This document shows positions 26,250 through 40,344 of a stretch of DNA of 64,000 nucleotides, piece after piece. The stretch is taken from assembly GCA_965644295.1 (NCBI GenBank), contig CBFFRP010000434.1, positions 62,001-126,000 on the forward strand, written 5' to 3'. The notes under the pieces are model-generated. The model had not been told where the DNA came from. It saw only the letters and a list, made by a program, of their open reading frames with translations, and made no database searches. The DNA is from Paraphysomonas bandaiensis (taxonomy: Eukaryota > Protista > Chrysophyceae). Position 1 is the stretch's first letter. Each line of letters starts with the position of its first letter. A program made the translations under genes and the position numbers.

Positions 26250-29200
26250 CTATTTCACATACATACATACCCAGGCATACTTACACACAACATCAAACAA
26301 CAAGAACACACATATATATATCCATGACCACAGATACATCAACATGTCACCCATACATTCCCTGCAATGTGGATGTATAATATAAATAATGCTCAGACAT
26401 CCAAGGAAGTTTAAGCCCCATATCACTGTGGCTGGCGGCACACAGTAATGGTCGGCGGTCACTGCGTATGATGTTCCACAGATACATCAACATGTCACCC
26501 ATACATTCCCTGCAATGTGGATGTATAATATAAATAATGCTCAGACATCCAAGGAAGTTTAAGCCCCATATCACTGTGGCTGGCGGCACACAGTAATGGT
26601 CGACGGTCACTGCGTATGGTTCGGGGTTACCCGGTTATCATCATAGCACTATTTCACATACATACATACCCAGGCATACTTACACACAACATCAAACAAC
26701 AAGAACACACATATATATATCCATGACCACAGATACATCAACATGTCACCCATACATTCCCTGCAATGTGGATGTATAATATAAATAATGCTCAGACATC
26801 CAAGGAAGTTTAAGCCCCATATCACTGTGGCTGGCGGCACACAGTAATGGTCGGCGGTCACTGCGTATGATGTTCCACAGATACATCAACATGTCACCCA
26901 TACATTCCCTGCAATGTGGATGTATAATATAAATAATGCTCAGACATCCAAGGAAGTTTAAGCCCCATATCACTGTGGCTGGCGGCACACAGTAATGGTC
27001 GACGGTCACTGCGTATGGTTCGGGGTTACCCGGTTATCATCATAGCACTATTTCACATACATACATACCCAGGCATACTTACACACAACATCAAACAACA
27101 AGAATACACATATATATATCCATGACCACAGATACATCAACATGTCACCCATACATTCCCTGCAATGTGGATGTATAATATAAATAATGCTCAGACATCC
27201 AAGGAAGTTTAAGCCCCATATCACTGTGGCTGGCGGCACACAGTAATGGTCGGCGGTCACTGCGTATGGTTCGGGGTTACCCGGTTATCATCATAGCACT
27301 ATTTCACATACATACATACCCAGGCATACTTACACACAACATCAAACAACAAGAACACACATATATATATCCATGACCACAGATACATCAACATGTCACC
27401 CATACATTCCCTGCAATGTGGATGTATAATATAAATAATGCTCAGACATCCAAGGAAGTTTAAGCCCCATATCACTGTGGCTGGCGGCACACAGTAATGG
27501 TCGGCGGTCACTGCGTATGATGTTCCACAGATACATCAACATGTCACCCATACATTCCCTGCAATGTGGATGTATAATATAAATAATGCTCAGACATCCA
27601 AGGAAGTTTAAGCCCCATATCACTGTGGCTGGCGGCACACAGTAATGGTCGACGGTCACTGCGTATGGTTCGGGGTTACCCGGTTATCATCATAGCACTA
27701 TTTCACATACATACATACCCAGGCATACTTACACACAACATCAAACAACAAGAATACACATATATATATCCATGACCACAGATACATCAACATGTCACCC
27801 ATACATTCCCTGCAATGTGGATGTATAATATAAATAATGCTCAGACATCCAAGGAAGTTTAAGCCCCATATCACTGTGGCTGGCGGCACACAGTAATGGT
27901 CGGCGGTCACTGCGTATGGTTCGGGGTTACCCGGTTATCATCATAGCACTATTTCACATACATACATACATACCCAGGCATACTTACACACAACATCAAA
28001 CAACAAGAATACACATATATATATCCATGACCACAGATACATCAACATGTCACCCATACATTCCCTGCAATGTGGATGTATAATATAAATAATGCTCAGA
28101 CATCCAAGGAAGTTTAAGCCCCATATCACTGTGGCTGGCGGCACACAGTAATGGTCGGCGGTCACTGCGTATGGTTCGGGGTTACCCGGTTATCATCATA
28201 GCACTATTTCACATACATACATACCCAGGCATACTTGCACACAACATCAAACAACAAGAACACACATATATATATCCATGACCACAGATACATCAACATG
28301 TCACCCATACATTCCCTGCAATGTGGATGTATAATATAAATAATGCTCAGACATCCAAGGAAGTTTAAGCCCCATATCACTGTGGCTGGCGGCACACAGT
28401 AATGGTCGGCGGTCACTGCGTATGGTTCGGGGTTACCCGGTTATCATCATAGCACTATTTCACATACACATACATACCCAGGCATACTTACACACAACAT
28501 CAAACAACAAGAATACACATATATATATCCATGACCACAGATACATCAACATGTCACCCATACATTCCCTGCAATGTGGATGTATAATATAAATAATGCT
28601 CAGACATCCAAGGAAGTTTAAGCCCCATATCACTGTGGCTGGCGGCACACAGTAATGGTCGGCGGTCACTGCGTATGGTTCGGGGTTACCCGGTTATCAT
28701 CATAGCACTATTTCACATACATACATACATACCCAGGCATACTTGCACACAACATCAAACAACAAGAACACACATATATATATCCATGACCACAGATACA
28801 TCAACATGTCACCCATACATTCCCTGCAATGTGGATGTATAATATAAATAATGCTCAGACATCCAAGGAAGTTTAAGCCCCATATCACTGTGGCTGGCGG
28901 CACACAGTAATGGTCGGCGGTCACTGCGTATGGTTCGGGGTTACCCGGTTATCATCATAGCACTATTTCACATACATACATACATACCCAGGCATACTTG
29001 CACACAACATCAAACAACAAGAACACACATATATATATCCATGACCACAGATACATCAACATGTCACCCATACATTCCCTGCAATGTGGATGTATAATAT
29101 AAATAATGCTCAGACATCCAAGGAAGTTTAAGCCCCATATCACTGTGGCTGGCGGCACACAGTAATGGTCGGCGGTCACTGCGTATGGTTCGGGGTTACC

Positions 29201-32200
29201 CGGTTATCATCATAGCACTATTTCACATACATACATACATACCCAGGCATACTTGCACACAACATCAAACAACAAGAACACACATATATATATCCATGAC
29301 CACAGATACATCAACATGTCACCCATACATTCCCTGCAATGTGGATGTATAATATAAATAATGCTCAGACATCCAAGGAAGTTTAAGCCCCATATCACTG
29401 TGGCTGGCGGCACACAGTAATGGTCGGCGGTCACTGCGTATGGTTCGGGGTTACCCGGTTATCATCATAGCACTATTTCACATACATACATACATACCCA
29501 GGCATACTTGCACACAACATCAAACAACAAGAACACACATATATATATCCATGACCACAGATACATCAACATGTCACCCATACATTCCCTGCAATGTGGA
29601 TGTATAATATAAATAATGCTCAGACATCCAAGGAAGTTTAAGCCCCATATCACTGTGGCTGGCGGCACACAGTAATGGTCGGCGGTCACTGCGTATGGTT
29701 CGGGGTTACCCGGTTATCATCATAGCACTATTTCACATACATACATACATACCCAGGCATACTTGCACACAACATCAAACAACAAGAACACACATATATA
29801 TATCCATGACCACAGATACATCAACATGTCACCCATACATTCCCTGCAATGTGGATGTATAATATAAATAATGCTCAGACATCCAAGGAAGTTTAAGCCC
29901 CATATCACTGTGGCTGGCGGCACACAGTAATGGTCGGCGGTCACTGCGTATGGTTCGGGGTTACCCGGTTATCATCATAGCACTATTTCACATATCATAC
30001 ATACATACCCAGGCATACTTGCACACAACATCAAACAACAAGAACACACATATATATATCCATGACCACAGATACATCAACATGTCACCCATACATTCCC
30101 TGCAATGTGGATGTATAATATAAATAATGCTCAGACATCCAAGGAAGTTTAAGCCCCATATCACTGTGGCTGGCGGCACACAGTAATGGTCGGCGGTCAC
30201 TGCGTATGGTTCGGGGTTACCCGGTTATCATCATAGCACTATTTCACATACATACATACATACCCAGGCATACTTACACACAACATCAAACAACAAGAAT
30301 ACACATATATATATCCATGACCACAGATACATCAACATGTCACCCATACATTCCCTGCAATGTGGATGTATAATATAAATAATGCTCAGACATCCAAGGA
30401 AGTTTAAGCCCCATATCACTGTGGCTGGCGGCACACAGTAATGGTCGGCGGTCACTGCGTATGGTTCGGGGTTACCCGGTTATCATCATAGCACTATTTC
30501 ACATACATACATACATACCCAGGCATACTTGCACACAACATCAAACAACAAGAACACACATATATATATCCATGACCACAGATACATCAACATGTCACCC
30601 ATACATTCCCTGCAATGTGGATGTATAATATAAATAATGCTCAGACATCCAAGGAAGTTTAAGCCCCATATCACTGTGGCTGGCGGCACACAGTAATGGT
30701 CGGCGGTCACTGCGTATGGTTCGGGGTTACCCGGTTATCATCATAGCACTATTTCACATACATACATACATACCCAGGCATACTTACACACAACATCAAA
30801 CAACAAGAACACACATATATATATCCATGACCACAGATACATCAACATGTCACCCATACATTCCCTGCAATGTGGATGTATAATATAAATAATGCTCAGA
30901 CATCCAAGGAAGTTTAAGCCCCATATCACTGTGGCTGGCGGCACACAGTAATGGTCGGCGGTCACTGCGTATGGTTCGGGGTTACCCGGTTATCATCATA
31001 GCACTATTTCACATACATACATACATACCCAGGCATACTTGCACACAACATCAAACAACAAGAACACACATATATATATCCATGACCACAGATACATCAA
31101 CATGTCACCCATACATTCCCTGCAATGTGGATGTATAATATAAATAATGCTCAGACATCCAAGGAAGTTTAAGCCCCATATCACTGTGGCTGGCGGCACA
31201 CAGTAATGGTCGGCGGTCACTGCGTATGGTTCGGGGTTACCCGGTTATCATCATAGCACTATTTCACATACATACATACATACCCAGGCATACTTACACA
31301 CAACATCAAACAACAAGAACACACATATATATATCCATGACCACAGATACATCAACATGTCACCCATACATTCCCTGCAATGTGGATGTATAATATAAAT
31401 AATGCTCAGACATCCAAGGAAGTTTAAGCCCCATATCACTGTGGCTGGCGGCACACAGTAATGGTCGGCGGTCACTGCGTATGGTTCGGGGTTACCCGGT
31501 TATCATCATAGCACTATTTCACATACATACATACATACCCAGGCATACTTACACACAACATCAAACAACAAGAACACACATATATATATCCATGACCACA
31601 GATACATCAACATGTCACCCATACATTCCCTGCAATGTGGATGTATAATATCCAGACATCAGATAGCCTCAACATGTCGCACACATTCCCTGCGATGTGG
31701 AGGTATCATATAGATAATACTCATACATCCCAGGAACTTCACACAATATCACTGTGGCTGGCGGCACACAGTAATGGTCGGCGGTCACTGCGTATGGTTC
31801 AGGGTTACCCGATTATCATCATAGCACTATGTTCACATACATACATACATACCCAGGCATACTTACACACAACATCAAACAACAAGAACACACATATATA
31901 TATCCATGACCACAGATACATCAACATGTCACCCATACATTCCCTGCAATGTGGATGTATAATATAAATAATGCTCAGACATCCAAGGAAGTTTAAGCCC
32001 CATATCACTGTGGCTGGCGGCACACAGTAATGGTCGGCGGTCACTGCGTATGGTTCGGGGTTACCCGGTTATCATCATAGCACTATTTCACATACATACA
32101 TACATACCCAGGCATACTTACACACAACATCAAACAACAAGAACACACATATATATATCCATGACCACAGATACATCAACATGTCACCCATACATTCCCT

Positions 32201-35200
32201 GCAATGTGGATGTATAATATAAATAATGCTCAGACATCCAAGGAAGTTTAAGCCCCATATCACTGTGGCTGGCGGCACACAGTAATGGTCGGCGGTCACT
32301 GCGTATGGTTCGGGGTTACCCGGTTATCATCATAGCACTATTTCACATACATACATACATACCCAGGCATACTTGCACACAACATCAAACAACAAGAACA
32401 CACATATATATATCCATGACCACAGATACATCAACATGTCACCCATACATTCCCTGCAATGTGGATGTATAATATAAATAATGCTCAGACATCCAAGGAA
32501 GTTTAAGCCCCATATCACTGTGGCTGGCGGCACACAGTAATGGTCGGCGGTCACTGCGTATGGTTCGGGGTTACCCGGTTATCATCATAGCACTATTTCA
32601 CATACATACATACATACCCAGGCATACTTACACACAACATCAAACAACAAGAACACACATATATATATCCATGACCACAGATACATCAACATGTCACCCA
32701 TACATTCCCTGCAATGTGGATGTATAATATAAATAATGCTCAGACATCCAAGGAAGTTTAAGCCCCATATCACTGTGGCTGGCGGCACACAGTAATGGTC
32801 GGCGGTCACTGCGTATGGTTCGGGGTTACCCGGTTATCATCATAGCACTATTTCACATACATACATACATACCCAGGCATACTTGCACACAACATCAAAC
32901 AACAAGAACACACATATATATATCCATGACCACAGATACATCAACATGTCACCCATACATTCCCTGCAATGTGGATGTATAATATAAATAATGCTCAGAC
33001 ATCCAAGGAAGTTTAAGCCCCATATCACTGTGGCTGGCGGCACACAGTAATGGTCGGCGGTCACTGCGTATGGTTCGGGGTTACCCGGTTATCATCATAG
33101 CACTATTTCACATACATACATACATACCCAGGCATACTTGCACACAACATCAAACAACAAGAACACACATATATATATCCATGACCACAGATACATCAAC
33201 ATGTCACCCATACATTCCCTGCAATGTGGATGTATAATATAAATAATGCTCAGACATCCAAGGAAGTTTAAGCCCCATATCACTGTGGCTGGCGGCACAC
33301 AGTAATGGTCGGCGGTCACTGCGTATGGTTCGGGGTTACCCGGTTATCATCATAGCACTATTTCACATACATACATACATACCCAGGCATACTTGCACAC
33401 AACATCAAACAACAAGAACACACATATATATATCCATGACCACAGATACATCAACATGTCACCCATACATTCCCTGCAATGTGGATGTATAATATAAATA
33501 ATGCTCAGACATCCAAGGAAGTTTAAGCCCCATATCACTGTGGCTGGCGGCACACAGTAATGGTCGGCGGTCACTGCGTATGGTTCGGGGTTACCCGGTT
33601 ATCATCATAGCACTATTTCACATACATACATACATACCCAGGCATACTTGCACACAACATCAAACAACAAGAACACACATATATATATCCATGACCACAG
33701 ATACATCAACATGTCACCCATACATTCCCTGCAATGTGGATGTATAATATAAATAATGCTCAGACATCCAAGGAAGTTTAAGCCCCATATCACTGTGGCT
33801 GGCGGCACACAGTAATGGTCGGCGGTCACTGCGTATGGTTCGGGGTTACCCGGTTATCATCATAGCACTATTTCACATACATACATACATACCCAGGCAT
33901 ACTTGCACACAACATCAAACAACAAGAACACACATATATATATCCATGACCACAGATACATCAACATGTCACCCATACATTCCCTGCAATGTGGATGTAT
34001 AATATAAATAATGCTCAGACATCCAAGGAAGTTTAAGCCCCATATCACTGTGGCTGGCGGCACACAGTAATGGTCGGCGGTCACTGCGTATGGTTCGGGG
34101 TTACCCGGTTATACAGTACATGGTCGGCGGTCACTGCGTATGGTTCAGGGTTACCCGGTTATCATCATAGCACTATTTCACATACATACATACATACCCA
34201 GGCATACTTGCACACAACATCAAACAACAAGAACACACATATATATATCCATGACCACAGATACATCAACATGTCACCCATACATTCCCTGCAATGTGGA
34301 TGTATAATATAAATAATGCTCAGACATCCAAGGAAGTTTAAGCCCCATATCACTGTGGCTGGCGGCACACAGTAATGGTCGGCGGTCACTGCGTATGGTT
34401 CGGGGTTACCCGGTTATCATCATAGCACTATTTCACATACATACATACATACATACCCAGGCATACTTACACACAACATCAAACAACAAGAATACACATA
34501 TATATATCCATGACCACAGATACATCAACATGTCACCCATACATTCCCTGCAATGTGGATGTATAATATAAATAATGCTCAGACATCCAAGGAAGTTTAA
34601 GCCCCATATCACTGTGGCTGGCGGCACACAGTAATGGTCGGCGGTCACTGCGTATGGTTCGGGGTTACCCGGTTATCATCATAGCACTATTTCACATACA
34701 TACATACATACCCAGGCATACTTGCACACAACATCAAACAACAAGAACACACATATATATATCCATGACCACAGATACATCAACATGTCACCCATACATT
34801 CCCTGCAATGTGGATGTATAATATAAATAATGCTCAGACATCCAAGGAAGTTTAAGCCCCATATCACTGTGGCTGGCGGCACACAGTAATGGTCGGCGGT
34901 CACTGCGTATGGTTCGGGGTTACCCGGTTATCATCATAGCACTATTTCACATACATACATACATACCCAGGCATACTTACACACAACATCAAACAACAAG
35001 AACACACATATATATATCCATGACCACAGATACATCAACATGTCACCCATACATTCCCTGCAATGTGGATGTATAATATAAATAATGCTCAGACATCCAA
35101 GGAAGTTTAAGCCCCATATCACTGTGGCTGGCGGCACACAGTAATGGTCGGCGGTCACTGCGTATGGTTCGGGGTTACCCGGTTATCATCATAGCACTAT

Positions 35201-38200
35201 TTCACATACATACATACATACCCAGGCATACTTGCACACAACATCAAACAACAAGAACACACATATATATATCCATGACCACAGATACATCAACATGTCA
35301 CCCATACATTCCCTGCAATGTGGATGTATAATATAAATAATGCTCAGACATCCAAGGAAGTTTAAGCCCCATATCACTGTGGCTGGCGGCACACAGTAAT
35401 GGTCGGCGGTCACTGCGTATGGTTCGGGGTTACCCGGTTATCATCATAGCACTATTTCACATACATACATACATACCCAGGCATACTTGCACACAACATC
35501 AAACAACAAGAACACACATATATATATCCATGACCACAGATACATCAACATGTCACCCATACATTCCCTGCAATGTGGATGTATAATATAAATAATGCTC
35601 AGACATCCAAGGAAGTTTAAGCCCCATATCACTGTGGCTGGCGGCACACAGTAATGGTCGGCGGTCACTGCGTATGTTAGGGTGATAGGCGGGTATCATC
35701 ATAGCACTATTTCACATACATACATACATACCCAGGCATACTTGCACACAACATCAAACAACAAGAACACACATATATATATCCATGACCACAGATACAT
35801 CAACATGTCACCCATACATTCCCTGCAATGTGGATGTATAATATAAATAATGCTCAGACATCCAAGGAAGTTTAAGCCCCATATCACTGTGGCTGGCGGC
35901 ACACAGTAATGGTCGGCGGTCACTGCGTATGGTTCGGGGTTACCCGGTTATCATCATAGCACTATTTCACATACATACATACATACCCAGGCATACTTGC
36001 ACACAACATCAAACAACAAGAACACACATATATATATCCATGACCACAGATACATCAACATGTCACCCATACATTCCCTGCAATGTGGATGTATAATATA
36101 AATAATGCTCAGACATCCAAGGAAGTTTAAGCCCCATATCACTGTGGCTGGCGGCACACAGTAATGGTCGGCGGTCACTGCGTATGGTTCGGGGTTACCC
36201 GGTTATCATCATAGCACTATTTCACATACATACATACATACATACCCAGGCATACTTGCACACAACATCAAACAACAAGAACACACATATATATATCCAT
36301 GACCACAGATACATCAACATGTCACCCATACATTCCCTGCAATGTGGATGTATAATATAAATAATGCTCAGACATCCAAGGAAGTTTAAGCCCCATATCA
36401 CTGTGGCTGGCGGCACACAGTAATGGTCGGCGGTCACTGCGTATGGTTCGGGGTTACCCGGTTATCATCATAGCACTATTTCACATACATACATACATAC
36501 CCAGGCATACTTGCACACAACATCAAACAACAAGAACACACATATATATATCCATGACCACAGATACATCAACATGTCACCCATACATTCCCTGCAATGT
36601 GGATGTATAATATAAATAATGCTCAGACATCCAAGGAAGTTTAAGCCCCATATCACTGTGGCTGGCGGCACACAGTAATGGTCGGCGGTCACTGCGTATG
36701 GTTCGGGGTTACCCGGTTATCATCATAGCACTATTTCACATACATACATACATACCCAGGCATACTTGCACACAACATCAAACAACAAGAACACACATAT
36801 ATATATCCATGACCACAGATACATCAACATGTCACCCATACATTCCCTGCAATGTGGATGTATAATATAAATAATGCTCAGACATCCAAGGAAGTTTAAG
36901 CCCCATATCACTGTGGCTGGCGGCACACAGTAATGGTCGGCGGTCACTGCGTATGGTTCGGGGTTACCCGGTTATCATCATAGCACTATTTCACATACAT
37001 ACATACATACCCAGGCATACTTGCACACAACATCAAACAACAAGAACACACATATATATATCCATGACCACAGATACATCAACATGTCACCCATACATTC
37101 CCTGCAATGTGGATGTATAATATAAATAATGCTCAGACATCCAAGGAAGTTTAAGCCCCATATCACTGTGGCTGGCGGCACACAGTAATGGTCGGCGGTC
37201 ACTGCGTATGGTTCTGGGTTACCCGGTTATCATCATAGCACTATTTCACATACATACATACATACCCAGGCATACTTGCACACAACATCAAACAACAAGA
37301 ACACACATATATATATCCATGACCACAGATACATCAACATGTCACCCATACATTCCCTGCAATGTGGATGTATAATATAAATAATGCTCAGACATCCAAG
37401 GAAGTTTAAGCCCCATATCACTGTGGCTGGCGGCACACAGTAATGGTCGGCGGTCACTGCGTATGGTTCGGGGTTACCCGGTTATCATCATAGCACTATT
37501 TCACATACATACATACATACATACCCAGGCATACTTGCACACAACATCAAACAACAAGAACACACATATATATATCCATGACCACAGATACATCAACATG
37601 TCACCCATACATTCCCTGCAATGTGGATGTATAATATAAATAATGCTCAGACATCCAAGGAAGTTTAAGCCCCATATCACTGTGGCTGGCGGCACACAGT
37701 AATGGTCGGCGGTCACTGCGTATGGTTCGGGGTTACCCGGTTATCATCATAGCACTATTTCACATACATACATACATACCCAGGCATACTTGCACACAAC
37801 ATCAAACAACAAGAACACACATATATATATCCATGACCACAGATACATCAACATGTCACCCATACATTCCCTGCAATGTGGATGTATAATATAAATAATG
37901 CTCAGACATCCAAGGAAGTTTAAGCCCCATATCACTGTGGCTGGCGGCACACAGTAATGGTCGGCGGTCACTGCGTATGGTTCGGGGTTACCCGGTTATC
38001 ATCATAGCACTATTTCACATACATACATACATACCCAGGCATACTTGCACACAACATCAAACAACAAGAACACACATATATATATCCATGACCACAGATA
38101 CATCAACATGTCACCCATACATTCCCTGCAATGTGGATGTATAATATAAATAATGCTCAGACATCCAAGGAAGTTTAAGCCCCATATCACTGTGGCTGGC

Positions 38201-40233
38201 GGCACACAGTAATGGTCGGCGGTCACTGCGTATGGTTCGGGGTTACCCGGTTATCATCATAGCACTATTTCACATACATACATACATACATACCCAGGCA
38301 TACTTACACACAACATCAAACAACAAGAACACACATATATATATCCATGACCACAGATACATCAACATGTCACCCATACATTCCCTGCAATGTGGATGTA
38401 TAATATAAATAATGCTCAGACATCCAAGGAAGTTTAAGCCCCATATCACTGTGGCTGGCGGCACACAGTAATGGTCGGCGGTCACTGCGTATGGTTCGGG
38501 GTTACCCGGTTATCATCATAGCACTATTTCACATACATACATACATACCCAGGCATACTTACACACAACATCAAACAACAAGAATACACATATATATATC
38601 CATGACCACAGATACATCAACATGTCACCCATACATTCCCTGCAATGTGGATGTATAATATAAATAATGCTCAGACATCCAAGGAAGTTTAAGCCCCATA
38701 TCACTGTGGCTGGCGGCACACAGTAATGGTCGGCGGTCACTGCGTATGGTTCGGGGTTACCCGGTTATCATCATAGCACTATTTCACATACATACATACA
38801 TACCCAGGCATACTTACACACAACATCAAACAACAAGAACACACATATATATATCCATGACCACAGATACATCAACATGTCACCCATACATTCCCTGCAA
38901 TGTGGATGTATAATATAAATAATGCTCAGACATCCAAGGAAGTTTAAGCCCCATATCACTGTGGCTGGCGGCACACAGTAATGGTCGGCGGTCACTGCGT
39001 ATGGTTCGGGGTTACCCGGTTATCATCATAGCACTATTTCACATACATACATACATACCCAGGCATACTTACACACAACATCAAACAACAAGAATACACA
39101 TATATATATCCATGACCACAGATACATCAACATCTCACCCATACATTCCCTGCAATGTGGATGTATAATATAAATAATGCTCAGACATCCAAGGAAGTTT
39201 AAGCCCCATATCACTGTGGCTGGCGGCACACAGTAATGGTCGGCGGTCACTGCGTATGGTTCGGGGTTACCCGGTTATCATCATAGCACTATTTCACATA
39301 CATACATACCCAGGCATACTTACACACAACATCAAACAACAAGAACACACATATATATATCCATGACCACAGATACATCAACATGTCACCCATACATTCC
39401 CTGCAATGTGGATGTATAATATAAATAATGCTCAGACATCCAAGGAAGTTTAAGCCCCATATCACTGTGGCTGGCGGCACACAGTAATGGTCGGCGGTCA
39501 CTGCGTATGGTTCGGGGTTACCCGGTTATCATCATAGCACTATTTCACATACATACATACATACCCAGGCATACTTGCACACAACATCAAACAACAAGAA
39601 CACACATATATATATCCATGACCACAGATACATCAACATGTCACCCATACATTCCCTGCAATGTGGATGTATAATATAAATAATGCTCAGACATCCAAGG
39701 AAGTTTAAGCCCCATATCACTGTGGCTGGCGGCACACAGTAATGGTCGGCGGTCACTGCGTATGGTTCGGGGTTACCCGGTTATCATCATAGCACTATTT
39801 CACATACATACATACATACCCAGGCATACTTACACACAACATCAAACAACAAGAATACACATATATATATCCATGACCACAGATACATCAACATGTCACC
39901 CATACATTCCCTGCAATGTGGATGTATAATATAAATAATGCTCAGACATCCAAGGAAGTTTAAGCCCCATATCACTGTGGCTGGCGGCACACAGTAATGG
40001 TCGGCGGTCACTGCGTATGGTTCAATGGCGGCACACAGTAATGGTCGGCGGTCACTGCGTATGGTTCGGGGTTACCCGGTTATCATCATAGCACTATTTC
40101 ACATACATACATACCCAGGCATACTTACACACAACATCAAACAACAAGAATACACATATATATATCCATGACCACAGATACATCAACATGTCACCCATAC
40201 ATTCCCTGCAATGTGGATGTATAATATAAATAA

Positions 40234-40344
40234 TGCTCAGACATCCAAGGAAGTTTAAGCCCCATATCACTGTGGCTGGCGGCACACAGTAATGGTCGGC
40301 GGTCACTGCGTATGGTTCGGGGTTACCCGGTTATCATCATAGCA
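40234..40344 (-). ncRNA. U14: U14 snoRNA, 5'-most copy (representative unit, 111 nt)
   Basis: Box C 40340-40334, box D 40240-40237, terminal stem TGC/GCA. Domain B is complementary to the conserved 18S sequence ACAUCCAAGGAA. Confidence 0.95.

Larger units (their letters stand above)
26139..40344 (-). ncRNA. U14: Cluster of ~54 box-C-containing U14 box C/D snoRNA genes, plus 4 box-C-less truncated copies in the array
   Basis: Minus-strand unit: TGCT-ATGATGA(box C)-TAACCGGGTAACCCCGAA-CCATACGCAGT(domain A)-GACCGCCGACCATTACTGTGTGCCGCCAGCCACAGTGATATGG(Y-like stem-loop)-GGCTTAAAC-TTCCTTGGATGT(domain B)-CTGA(box D)-GCA. Confidence 0.95.
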
